In this document: positions 25,740 through 36,699 of the stretch, in pieces | How positions within the stretch are numbered: position 1 is the first letter of the stretch | How the letters are laid out: each line of letters opens with the position of its first letter | Assembly (NCBI GenBank): GCA_030390025.1 | Contig: CM059432.1 | Location: 33,544,001 to 33,608,000, forward strand | From: Squalus acanthias | Lineage: Eukaryota | Length of the DNA: 64,000 bases | Direction: 5' to 3' | Translations under genes and position numbers: made by a program | The notes under the pieces: generated by a model | What the model saw: only the letters and a program-made list of their open reading frames with translations | Databases searched by the model: none | What the model was told of the DNA's origin: nothing

Positions 25740-26120
25740 TTAATCTGGATGAAGTGAGGGATGCATTGGAGTCAGTTCAATGATTCATTAAGGAACTGGT
25801 AGTGATATGTTGGAGTCAGGTCAATGATTGGTGGAAGGGCTGAGAATTACATATTGGACACAGGTTAATGATTGGTGGAGGAACTGGTAATGATGCATTG
25901 GAGTAAGGTCAATGATTGGCGGGGGAGCAGGTGACTTATTGGAGTCAGGTCAATGATTGATGGAGAAGCTGATAGTGACACGTTAGAGTCAAGTCAATGA
26001 TTAGTGGAAGTGTTGAGAGTTACAAATTGGACACAGGTTAATGATTGGTGGAAGAACTAGTAATGACACATCGGAGTCAAGTGAATTATTGGTGAGGGAG
26101 CTAGTATTTATACATTGGAA
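25740..26120. repeat. Degenerate ~42-bp tandem repeat
   Basis: ATTGGAGTCAGGTCAATGATTGGTGGAG..ACTGGT units. Confidence 0.8.
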
Positions 26121-26409
26121 GCCTGGGAACAGTACGTAGTGGTTTTGTTACTGGACTAGTAATCCAGAGACCTGGACCAATAATCCAGAGAACGCAAGTT
26201 TAAATCCCACCAGTTTGAAAATTTGAATTCAGTTTTAAAAATCTGGAAATAAAAAGCTGACATCAGCAAAAGTGACAATGAAGCTGTCGGATTGTCGTAA
26301 AACCCAACTGGTTCACTAATGTCCTGTAAGAAAGTCTCTTGTCCTTACCTGGTCTGGCCTACATGTGACTCCAGAATCAATGTGGTTGATTCTTAATTGC
26401 TCTCTGAAG

Positions 26410-27190
26410 TTACGTGGAGAGACTAGTGAAGCTGAGATTGTTCTCCTTAGAGCAGAGAAGCTTAAGAGGAGGTTTAATAGAGGTGTTCAAAATTTTGATA
26501 GAGTAAATATCATGAATGGTTTTGATAAAGTAAATAAAGAGAAACTGTTTCCAGTGGCAGAAGGGAACACAGATTTAAGGTGATTGGCAAAAGAACCAGA
26601 GGTGACATGAGGAAATTTTTTTTTACACAGCGGGTTGTTATGATCTGAAATGCACGGCCTGAAAGGATGGTGGAAGCAGATTCAATAGTAACTTTCAAAA
26701 GAGAATTGGTAAATACTTGAAGGGGAAAAAAAATTACAGGGCTAGGAGAAAGAGTGGGGGGGGTGGGGTTGAGATTAATTGGATAGCTCTACCAAAGAGC
26801 AGACACAGGCACGGTGGGCTGAATGACCTCCTTCAGTTCTGTATCATTCTATGATTCTATGAAATAAGAAAAACCTGTTTCCACTGGCAGGAGGATTGGT
26901 AATCAAAGGACAAAGATTTAAGATAATTGGCAAAAGAACCAGAGGGAAGATGAGAATTTTTTTTTTTTTACACAGCGAGTTGTTACGATCTGGAATACAC
27001 GGCCTGAAAGGATGGTGGAAGCAGATTCAATAGTAACTTTCAAAAGGGAATTGGATATATAATTGAAAAGGAAAAATTTACAGGGCTGGGGGGAAAGAGC
27101 AGAGGGGTGGCACCAACTGATTAGCCCTATCAAAGAGCTGGCACAGGCATGATGGGCTGAATGGCCTCCTTCTGTGCTGTAAGATTCTAT
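26410..27190 (+). mobile_element. Two tandem CR1 3' fragments
   Basis: Two successive ORF2 ends with ATTCTATG tails at ~26860 and ~27190. Confidence 0.82.
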
Positions 27191-27701
27191 GGGGTAAAAA
27201 TTCACTTGGTTGCGCCTCCCGTTAGCGCCTTAAGAGGGCGCTAATGGGGCGTTAAGCCGCTAACGCCCGGGCGCAGCGATGTTTGCGCCGCTCGAGAACT
27301 TAACTTGAGATTGTGCGGCGGCGCTAAAACTTACCGCTGCGACCACCTGCGCGCGCAGATTATGACGTCATTCCATGGTGCAACGCCCTTGGGGCGCCCC
27401 GGAGCGGAAATTGAGTGGCGCCCCCTGCCTTACCGCCTGGCGCTTCCAACGACCGGAAGACTGGAACGCTATCAATCGGTGTGGGGCTGGGGGGGGCGCT
27501 ATTTAAAGGGGGCCTCTTCCTGTCTTTTTCTGTGGTCGACATTTATGCACCACTCGTTCTGAGAGAGAGAGAGAGATTCGGAGAGAGAGAGAGAGAGACT
27601 TCTACATTGACTCAACGCTTTGTGAGGTAGTTTTGCCTATTCATCCTAACTTTGTTGCTACTTTAGTTGCTGTACCTCATTACTTTTCTGGCAAAGAGAA
27701 T

Positions 27702-28862
27702 ATGGGAGCTGCACTGATTGGGGGCGTCGTCCTGCTCCAGCTGAATCGGAGGATACAGAGACACAGACAGAGAGTGGCAATGATGGCCAGACGGAGGAGG
27801 GCCATCAGGCGCATGTACAGGAGAGCTTACCCTCCCAGGGTATATCGTGAACAGCTCTCCTACATCCATATGTCCGAGGAGCTGTGTTTGCGAAGGCTGC
27901 GATTCAGCAAGGAGGTGGTCACTGAGCTCTGCCACCTGCTGCAGCCAGATCTGCAGCCTCAGCTGAGGTCCAGGACGTCTCTGTCGGTGGCAGTGAAGGT
28001 CACAGTGGCTTTGAACTTCTACGCCACTGGCTCATTCCAAGCTGCTGTTGGGGACCTCGCCAATATCTCCCAGTTTGCGGTGCATCGCTGCATCCGGCAG
28101 GTCACCAATGCCCTCTTCAGAAGGAGACGAGACTTCATCTCTTTCCCTATGACCCCAGACAAGCAGCGTGACCGTGCTCTGAGCTTTGCGAGGGTAGCGG
28201 GCTTCCCCATGGTGCAGGGCGCCATTGACTGCACGCATGTGGCTTTGCGTGCTCCGCGAGAGAATGCAGAGGAATTCAGGAACAGAAAGGGGTTCCATTC
28301 CTTGAATGTCCAGTTGGTCTGTGACCACAGACAGGTGATACTCGCTGTCAATGCCCACTATCCGGGCAGCTGCCACGATGCTTTCATCCTGCGCCAGACT
28401 ACTGTGGCAGAAGTTTTTGAGGCACCGCATCAGCCAGTTGGTTGGCTTCTGGGGGACAAGGGGTACGCATTGAGCACCTGGCTGATGACACCGCTCCGTA
28501 CGCCAAACACCCCTGCTGAGCTGCGGTACAATGAAAGCCATCAAGCAAAAAGGAACATTATTGAGCGCACAATCGGCGTGCTGAAACAATGGTTCCGCTG
28601 TCTGGACCATTCCGGAGGAGCCCTGCAGTACTCGCCTGAGCAAGTTTCGAACTTCGTAGTCGTGTGCTGCATGTTGCACAACATGGCAATCCTCAGGACC
28701 CAGCCAATGCCACCAGGCCTTGTAGCACCACCAGAGGAGGAGGAGGAAGAGGAGGAAGAGGACGAGGATGATGATCATCAGCAGCACCAAGGCAGGAGGG
28801 CGGCCCACAATGGTCAAACTGCAAGGGCCGTCCGTCAACGACTAATAGCAAGCCGCTTCTAG
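27702..28862 (+). CDS. Harbinger (HARBI1-family, DDE_Tnp_4) transposase, 386 aa from first ATG
   Basis: Open ORF with motifs GAIDCTH, NRKGFHSLNVQ, PGSCHDAFI, LLGDKGY, IIERTIGVLK, CCMLHN; N-terminal HTH-like region (ALNFYATGSFQ...ISQFAVHRCI); acidic C-terminal tract. Confidence 0.93.
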   Translation: MGAALIGGVVLLQLNRRIQRHRQRVAMMARRRRAIRRMYRRAYPPRVYREQLSYIHMSEELCLRRLRFSKEVVTELCHLLQPDLQPQLRSRTSLSVAVKVTVALNFYATGSFQAAVGDLANISQFAVHRCIRQVTNALFRRRRDFISFPMTPDKQRDRALSFARVAGFPMVQGAIDCTHVALRAPRENAEEFRNRKGFHSLNVQLVCDHRQVILAVNAHYPGSCHDAFILRQTTVAEVFEAPHQPVGWLLGDKGYALSTWLMTPLRTPNTPAELRYNESHQAKRNIIERTIGVLKQWFRCLDHSGGALQYSPEQVSNFVVVCCMLHNMAILRTQPMPPGLVAPPEEEEEEEEEDEDDDHQQHQGRRAAHNGQTARAVRQRLIASRF

Positions 28863-29156
28863 GGCCCCTGCCATTGCTACAAACATTAATCAACCCAGCA
28901 CGCAACCCCTAAGCCGGCCAAGGCACCAATAATTCCAACCACCAGCCATGTATATTTTGAATACAGAAACTTATTTATTTTACAAACTCTGTGTGTGTCA
29001 ATTCCTCATGACAAACTCATAGAAATAAACACAAAAAAACAGTCAATAACATAACTGGTTCTCACAACCTGGAGATAATGTCCAAAACACTAAACAAAAG
29101 TTGGACCATGAACCTCGGCCTTTAATAAAAAAATGACCAGCATTTTGGCACACCTC
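28863..29156. terminator. Shared AT-rich convergent 3' region with candidate polyA signals
   Basis: AATAAA on + at ~29024 and ~29124; TTTATT (AATAAA on -) at ~28974; lies between the two stop codons. Confidence 0.5.
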
Positions 29157-30136
29157 CTACTTTTTGCCCTTCGAGGGTGATCTCCTTCCCTTGCGCACTT
29201 CCCCCCTTCTAACCCTACTGCTCCTCCGTAATGGGACCTCAGTGGCTGCAGCAAGGCTGGTGGAAGGCTGCTGCTCGTCAGACCCTGACACTGCAGATGC
29301 CCCTGAAGGACGGCCTCGACCACTTCTGGGCCTGGAGGGCCCGGCTGCAGACTGCACCAACTCTGCATGGGCGGCAGCAGTCTGTCCTACAGGCGGTGGC
29401 AAGTGCAGTGGAGAAGTGACAGTGTTGGCAGCAGGAATGCTGTCATCGTGCGAGAGGACAGCAACTCCCTGCTCGCCCGACACACTGGCACTCCCACGGG
29501 GCAGCACTTCAGCATCCGGAGCAATCTGCCGGAGAACAGATTGCTGGCCTGCTGCGGCGCGATGACAGCCCCGGGGACATGTACACGAACCATCGAGGTT
29601 GGCAGCAGTCTGTGCTCGCGTGGCCTCCATCTGAGTCTGTATGAGAGCAGTCAGAGGTGGGATCACGGCAGCCAGTGACTGAATTGCAGCACTAAGCGTT
29701 AGTGTGGCATCCGCCTGTGCTACAGCGAAGTGCTCCACACTCCTTGCCAGTGACTCAATGCATTCGGGCACCCTTCCCACTGCACCCATGAGCTCAGTGT
29801 GCATGCCCACCGCCTGGGTGTTCATTTCTGCAATCAGCCGCTCCTCCTCTGCGTCCATTGCAGTAGGAGTGTCTGGCATACTCTCCCTCTGGGGAGAAGG
29901 CCCCCGTTCTTCCCTACCCCCCCCATGGCGTTGCTGCAGCCCGCTGGGTCCTGGAGCTTCACCATCATCAGCCCCTTCCCCCCTGCTCCCCTCCGGGGAA
30001 AGCGTGTTCCCAGTGTGGGCATGGGCTTCCTCGGGAGAGGGTGGCACTGATGCTCTGGCTTCCTCTTCCTCCTCAGCTGCAGCATCACTCCCAGTGGCAG
30101 CTTTAGGGCCCGTCTCCTCAGCTGGTGAATCACCAT
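29157..30136 (-). CDS. Harbinger Myb/SANT-like protein, exon 3 (980 nt, ends TAG)
   Basis: Acceptor CTCCCTGCTTTCAG; the phase-1 join runs in frame into ORF 29157..30047; acidic stretch, helical middle, basic C-terminus RRSSRVRRGEVRKGRRSPSKGKK. Confidence 0.82.
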
Positions 30137-30295
30137 CTGAAAGCAGGGAGGTACAAGAGTGGCTTTAGCGTGAGGACAGGGTGGCAGTAAGGGAGGAATA
30201 AGTGCAGCGAGTTAGCAAGTTGGATTGAAAGTGTCAAAGGCTGGTGTTGTGAGGGACAAGTGGAAGGACAGAGGACAAAAAGGTGATGACCTTAC

Positions 30296-30458
30296 CATTG
30301 CTGTCCACAACGGGGTCGGCGTCTCCAGTGGCGACGGGACCGATCACCCGGCTTGCCACAATCCTGTGGACGTGCTCCTCCAGATCGCTGAGGGGTTGCA
30401 GCTGAGGCCGCCCTCCACCTGTCCGTTGCTGCTGTCTCCGATTGTGCGCCAGCTTGGC
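30296..30458 (-). CDS. Harbinger Myb/SANT-like protein, exon 2 (163 nt)
   Basis: Acceptor TTTTTCTTACAG; AKLAHNRRQQQRTGGGRPQLQPLSDLEE carries the TGGG..L..LEE motif typical of NAIF1/MSANTD-like proteins; GTAAG donor, phase 1. Confidence 0.88.
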
Positions 30459-30487
30459 CTGTAAGAAAAAGGACAGCATCTGAGTAA

Positions 30488-30647
30488 ATATACAGCCATG
30501 GTCTTGCCTGATGTGCCTCCCATATGTGAATAGCCCTTACAATATACAGCCATGGTCTTGCCTGATGTGCCTCCCATAGGTGAATAACCTTACAATATAC
30601 AGCCATGGTCTTGCCTGATGTGCCTCCCATAGGTGAATAGCCCTTAC
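30488..30647. repeat. ~3 x 55-bp tandem repeat in Myb gene intron 1
   Basis: ATATACAGCCATGGTCTTGCCTGATGTGCCTCC...GTGAATAGCCCTTAC occurs three times. Confidence 0.9.
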
Positions 30648-30795
30648 TGTATGCAAAGTGTGGAATGTGTGTGTGTGTTTGATGAAAGGGCCATAGGTGT
30701 TGGATGAGTGTTGTGCATTGGGGTTTTAAGACCCTCTGGCCATATAGTGAGGTTGAGATGGAGGGATGGAGAGGTATTGAGAAAAAGCCACTCAC

Positions 30796-31032
30796 CCTGA
30801 CGACCCGAGTGAGGTCGTTGTACTTTTTGCGGCATTGAGTATGGGTCCTGGGCACCATGCTCCTGGAGGAGACGCTCTGAGCCACCTCCCTCCACACTCT
30901 TCTGAACTCGCGTGGCAAAGTCCTCCTGCCACTCTCAGGGAACAGCATACATCGTCTGCGCTCCACTGCGCCAACCAGAGCATCCAAGGCCCGCTCGGTG
31001 AAGCGATGAGCGCGTTCTCTCACCCTCTCCAT
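30796..31032 (-). CDS. Harbinger Myb/SANT-like DNA-binding protein, exon 1 (79 codons)
   Basis: ATG at 31032; MERVRERAHRFTERALDALVGAVERRRCMLF...VWREVAQSVSS...PRTHTQCRKKYNDLTRVVR is a trihelix Myb/SANT pattern; GTGAG donor at 30795. Confidence 0.88.
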
Positions 31033-31404
31033 GCTTGGCAGCAAAATGGATTCACAGGTCTCTCCAGGCTGAGATTCAAGGCTGCAATGAGCAGGGTGTG
31101 GCTGGGGAGCAAGTGGCCCCCCCCCCCCCCGCTTTAAGAAGTGTCCGGCGCCAGTGTGTCTGTGTTCCCTCGCTAACTGGCAGCAGCTGCGCTGCGCTCG
31201 CGCGCTGAGTTAGCGCCTCACTCCTTGGCCTTTGCGCCTTAAGACAGGTGTGCAGCGCCTGCTTTAGCGCTCCACTCACCTCCCAGGGCGGTAAAAGTGA
31301 AGTTTCCTGTCAGTGCCGATAATTAGCGCCAGGCGCTAATATTTGCGTCCGGACGATATTTGCGCCCCAAATGGGGCGCGACCTAATTTCTACCCCTATG
31401 ATTT

Positions 31405-31650
31405 CAAAAAAATGAAGGGAGAGATTAGAAGATTTATTTTTTATGCAGTGTGTTGTTATGACATGGAATGCCTGACCAGAAATAGAGGTGGAAGCATCCA
31501 TAATAGGTTTTAAAGGGAAATGGATTAATAATTGAGAAAGGAAAATCAAAAAGCGTATGGGAAAAGGGCAAGGGAAGGAGACAAATGGATATTTCTTTCA
31601 GAGAGTTGTCCCTGGCATGATGTGCTGAATGGGATGTTCCATAACTCTGT
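31405..31650 (+). mobile_element. CR1 3' fragment, older
   Basis: Degenerate match to the other CR1 ends. Confidence 0.65.
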
Positions 31651-32739
31651 GACAAGACTGGACCCCCAAGTCACATTCCTTTCTCAATCCCTCCCACTGG
31701 CTCTTGGAGGAGAGAAATGCTTGGAAGGCACTTGGGGATTGTGGGGAATATCTGTTAGGGGTCAAAGAAAGATGCTTCCCTTTAGCGTTGACAGCGTCCA
31801 TGCTAATGCCCTGCGAGTTGGAGTGACCAACTTGGGAGAGAGGGAAGAGGATACGGGTGGCGGTTGGGGGCGGGGGGAGAGAATAGAGAGAAAGAAATTA
31901 CAAGCTTAAGTTTAAAAAAATAAATCTTTAATTGGCCTCCAACATATAACCAGCTCAAATGTCAGTGAAAGCTGTAACTTAGCTCCAGTTCAAACAGAAT
32001 AATGGCAAGGGAAAATTTGTGTTGGCATTGGGCATCAATCTGAGCAACTCTCTTCCCAGCTTCGTTTAAAAACAGTATAAATCTCAACCCGTTTCGAACT
32101 AAATGCTTCAGGCAAACATTTTATACAGCAATTTACATGTCATCATTAGCAGTAATCTGTTTTTCTTTTTTTTTCTAGTCCGTCTCCTTATTTTCTGATT
32201 TTTCTTCTTGCTTATCCCATTTATTTTATCGGCCTTCAGTTTTCGCCTCCCAATTCCCTACCCCCATCCCTTCTCTCCCCCTCTGCCGAAGATGCCCGCT
32301 CTCACTTGCGTATGGTTCCACAGGTCTCGTCACCCTTTGGCACCTACTTCAAGCTGCCCATTCGTCTCAGGTGACAAGGCCCAGGGTTTTTTCCTTTGTG
32401 TGATGGGGCAGGTCTCCCGCTGACCTGACTGACTTGGCGCTGACCTCGGCAAAGTTTCTGGGGTCAGTTTAATTTGCATAATCCAGGTGGGCTCCCCGCC
32501 AGTATTGCTGACAACTACATAGTGTGAGACTGGAGTCACGTGTAGGCCCAGACCAGGTAGGGTGTGGCAGGTTCCCTTTCTCTGAAGGTCATCAGTGAAA
32601 CAGTTAGGTTTTTACAACAATCTGGCAGTTTTCATGGTCATTTTCTTTCTGGGGCTAGCCACAAATTACCCGATTTATTGATACCATAACCACTAGGCTG
32701 CTAAACCCATAATACTAGCATAGAATTAAAAAACAAAAT

Positions 32740-33110
32740 TCTCAGGATGTGGGCATTGCTGGCAAGGCCGGCATTTATTACCAATTCCTAGTTGCCCTGA
32801 GGTGGTAGGCCAACTGAGTGACTTGCTTCAGAGGGCAGTTATGAGTCTGGGACTGGAATCACATATAGGCCAGACTGGCTAAGGATGGCAGGTTTCCTTC
32901 CCTAAAAGACATTAGTGAACCAGTTGTGCTTTTGTAACAATCTGACAGCTTCATGGTCAATTTTACTGATACCAACTTTTTATTTCCAGATCATTTATTA
33001 AATTGAATTCAGATTCTCAAACTGCCTTGGTGTGATTTGAACTCATGTTCTTTGGGTTATTAGTCCAGGTCTCTGGAGGTAAAAGAAAACAGTAACATAA
33101 CCACTACTTT
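32740..33110 (-). mobile_element. tRNA-like-headed SINE sharing 5' and 3' sequence with LINE family B (other copies ~26135-26410 +, ~32520-32710 -, ~37920-38210 -)
   Basis: Core CTGGTTCACTAATGTC...CCATCCTTA...GTCTGGCCTATATGTGA.TCCAG also starts the LINE at 12265; the 3' end equals the family B tail. Confidence 0.7.
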
Positions 33111-33283
33111 ACAGTCCAAAGATGTGCGGGTTAGGTTGATTTGGCTATGATAAATTGACCCTTAGTGTTAGGGGGGATTAAATACGTGGGGTTACGGGGA
33201 TAGGGTGGGATATGTGTCGGTGCAGGCTCGATGGGCCGAAATGGCCTCTATCTGCATTGTGGGGATTCTGTGATTCTGTGATT
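33111..33283 (+). mobile_element. HE1-type SINE 3' half with single-tail architecture
   Basis: Body matches the others; ends GGGCCGAAATGGCCTCTATCTGCATTGTGGGGATTCTGTGATTCTGTGATT. Confidence 0.85.
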
Positions 33284-33659
33284 ACCACAGCCCTAAATGC
33301 ATTGTTCCCCATTTGATTGTGAATCCTATATTGGGCATTTAAATTCTTTTCAGCAATGGCAGCTCACTTAACGATGCTGGTTGTCTGTTGTATCATGACC
33401 AGCACCATTGCATCATCCTTAATTCCTTGTTTGAATACGCTTCTGGGAAAGTGACACTGGAAAATCATGGGAGAAATGGGTTAGGATCTGATGTTTCCAG
33501 TTCACAATCCAGTTTACACATCTTCCCGCCTCAGTACCAGTGCTAAACTGGCAGATGAGGAAAACCCCAGACCCACTGAGGTGACCTAGCTGATGTAATG
33601 GCAGCTGTGGCACCCAGGGGACTGTATACCGCATGAATAAGCACTTTCCAGTGCCTTTT

Positions 33660-35065
33660 TAAAAATTTGTTTATGGGAAGTGGGCGTCGCTGGCAAGGCC
33701 AGCATTTATTGGCCATCCCTAAATGCCCTTGAGAAGGTGGTGGTGAGCCGCCTTCTTGAACCGCTGCAGTCCGTGTGGTGAAGGTACTCCACAGTGCTGT
33801 TAGGGAGGGAGTTCCAGGATTTTGACCCAGCGACGATGAAGGATTGGAGATATACTTCTAAGTCAGGATGGTGTGTGACTTGGAGGGGAACTTGGAGGTG
33901 GTGGTGTTCCCATGCGTCTGCTGCCCTTGTCCTTCTAGGTGGAAGAGGTCACAGGTTTGGGAGGTGCTGCCGAAGAAGCCTTGGCGAGTTGCTGCAGTGC
34001 ATCTTGTAGATGGTACACACTGCAGCCGCGGTACACCAGTGGTGGAGGGAGTGAATGTTTAAGGTGGTAGATGGGGTGCCAATCAAGTGGGCGGCTTTGT
34101 CCTGGATGGTGTCGAGCTTCTTGAGTGTTGTTGGAGCTGCACTCATCCAGGCAAGTGGAGAGTATTCCATCACACTCCTGACTTGTGCCTTGTAGATGGT
34201 AGAAAGGCTTTGGGGAGTCAGGAGGTGAGACTGCCACAGAATACCTAGCCTCTGACCTCCTCTTGTTGCCACAGTATTTATGTGGCTGGTCCAGTTAAGT
34301 TTCTCGTCAATGGTGACCCCCAGGATGTTGATGGTGGGGGATTTGGTGATGGTAATGCCATTGAATGTCAAGGGGTGGTGGTTAGACTCTCGCTTGTTGG
34401 AGAAAGTCATTGCTTGGCACTTGTGTGGCACGGATGTTACCTGCCACTTATCAGCCCAAGCCTGAACGTCGTCCAGGTCTTGTTGCATGCGGGCATGGAC
34501 TGCTTAATTATCTGAGGAGTTTTGAATGACACTGAACACTGTGCAGTCATCAGCGAACATCCTCATTTCTGACCTTATGTTGGAGGGAAGATCAGTGATG
34601 AAGCAGCTGAAGATGGTTGGGCCTAGGACACTGCCCTGAGGAACTCCTGCAGTGATGTCCTGGGGCTGTGATGATTAACCTTCAATCACCACAACCATCT
34701 TCCTTTGTGCTTGGTATGACTGTAGCCAGTGGAGAGTTTTCCCCCTGATTCCCATTGACTTCAGTTTTAGTAGGGCTCCTTGATGCCACACTTGGTCAAA
34801 TGCTGCCTTGATGTCAAGGGCAGTTACTCTCACTTCTCCTCTGGAATTCAGCTCCTTTGCCCATGTTTGGACCAAGGCTGTAATGAGGTCAGCAGCCGAG
34901 TGGTCTTGAGTAAGTGCCGCTTGATAGCACTGTCAATAACACCTTCCATCACTTTGCTGATGATTGAGAGTAGACTGATGGGGCGGTCATTGGCCAGATT
35001 GGATTTGTCCTGCTTTTTGTGGACAAGACATACCTGAGCAGTTTTCCACATTGTCAGATAGATGC
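33660..35065 (-). mobile_element. CR1-group LINE family B, 3' part, decayed
   Basis: ORF pieces RPISLLS, DIKAAFDQVWHQGAL, YKAQVRSVMEYSPLAW; characteristic 3' end. Confidence 0.9.
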
Positions 35066-35459
35066 CTGACTCGTGACTTCCATGTATGGTGTGTCTGGCC
35101 TCTCCTGAGTGAGCTGATTCCAGTAGTCATCGATAGCGGTTCCATAACTGGCCTCAGTGCTTTTGATTGCTATCTGGCAGTGTCCAGATAGTGCGTGTGT
35201 TTGATTATACGGGTGATCGTATAATAAATCGTCATACAGCCCTGCCGCCATCGTGATTAGCTGGCACTACCTGGACTCACACGTGAAGAAAGATAACGTC
35301 GGTGAGGTAGTGGAGGGCTTTGCCACCCATGGAACCAGAAACAGCCTGAATTAGCACCCCGAGGTTTATAATCAATGACTTCTATTCATGGTGTGTCTGT
35401 GGGACCACTGTTTGTACAAAGCAAGGGCTCTAGCCACGCGGCAGAGTGCCCAACCCTGG

Positions 35460-35872
35460 GTATCAACCTTGGCTCAGTAGTAGCATTCCCGCCTCCGAGT
35501 CAGTAGGTTGTAGATTGACGCCCCACTCCAGAGACTTGAGTACATAATCCAGGCTGACTCTCTGGAGGGGCCGTCTTTTGGATGAGTTGTTTAACTGAGG
35601 CCCCGACTGCCCTCTGAGGTGGACGCAAACGCTCCCATGGCACTACTTTGAAGAAGGGCAGGAGAGCTCTCCCCAGTGTCCTGGCCAATATTTATTCCTC
35701 AACTAACATCACTAAAACAGATTATCTGATCATTATTTCATTGCTGGTTGTGGGACCTTACTGTGTGCAAATTGACTGCCGTGTTTCCTACATCACTACA
35801 GTGACTGCACTTAATTGGCTGTGAAGTGCTTCGGGACATTCTGAGGTCGTGAAAGGCGCTATATAAATGCAA
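35460..35872 (+). mobile_element. DeuSINE
   Basis: Head, Deu domain, tail. Confidence 0.85.
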
Positions 35873-36352
35873 GGATGATACCAGAATTGAGAAGTTTAAA
35901 CCTACTAGGAACGATTGAGCAGGCTGGAGCTCTTTTCTCTAAAAAAGAGAAGGCTGAGGGGTGACGTGATAGAGGTCTTTAAGCTTATGAAAGGGTTTGA
36001 TGGGGTTAACACAAAGAAGATGTTTCCACTTGTGGTGGAGTTCAAAACTATGGGCTATAAATATAAGATAGCCACTAATAAATGCAATGGTGAATTCAGG
36101 AGAAACTTCTTTACCCAGAGAGTGATTAGAATGCGGAACTCACTACCACAAGGAGTAGTTGAGGTGACTAGCATAGATGCATTTATGGGGAAGCTAGATA
36201 AACACATGAGGGAGAAAGGAATAGACGGATATGCTGATAGGGTTAGATGAAGAGGGGTGGGAGGAGGTTCATGTGGAGCATAAGCACTGCCATGGACCAA
36301 TTGGGCCAAATGGCCTGTTTCAATGTTGTACATTCTATGTAATTCTATGTAA
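35873..36352 (+). mobile_element. CR1 3' fragment
   Basis: LFSLKKRRLRGDVIEVFK...RRNFFTQRV; ATTCTATGTA tail. Confidence 0.88.
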
Positions 36353-36699
36353 ATTCTTTCTTTCTTCTCAGCCAACTCTTTATAGATAACTGAAGAACGT
36401 ACACAGCTACTGTAGACCTTCCCAAGCCTCAGTAGGCTATGGGAAACCAGCTACAGGTTATTGGTATGTCTGTCCAGTATCTGGTGATCTATTCGGATGA
36501 ATGCACTGTATGAGATATCTTCACTCCCTGATAGTCTGCTGGCAAAGCTGGTAGGTGCCTGGCAGCCTTGTGATAGAGAAACATTTGCCAAGTCCCTGAT
36601 CGATCAGGTGGGAAGAGGCAATAGCATCTGATAACCCGGTGGTTACACTGCGCCCATTCCACATGGCACAAAATGTTGAACAATGGCTTTTTGATTTCA

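Larger units (their letters stand above)
27191..31396 (+). mobile_element. Full-length PIF/Harbinger DNA transposon (transposase + Myb/SANT gene)
   Basis: Left end GGGGTAAAAATT (27191-27202); right end reverse-complement GGGGTAGAAATT (31385-31396). TAT on both flanks (27188-27190, 31397-31399). Two convergent genes. Inserted in the ATTCTATG tail of a CR1. Confidence 0.95.

Noticed and set aside
28032..28838. 268-aa antisense ORF and other ORFs overlapping the Harbinger genes
   Set aside because: Shadow frames of GC-rich coding sequence with no recognisable motifs.
27633..28862. Host HARBI1 gene
   Set aside because: Enclosed by TIRs and a TSD, paired with a Myb gene, inserted in a CR1 tail and accompanied by decayed relatives: a transposon, not the domesticated gene. 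The TTG start at 27633 was also rejected in favour of the ATG at 27702.
30292..31044. 250-aa single-exon Myb ORF
   Set aside because: Reads through intron 1 and its tandem repeat; the spliced model restores the conserved TGGG region.
35054..35251. 65-aa protein-like ORF (MAAGLYDD...)
   Set aside because: No recognisable family or splice support; abuts repeats.
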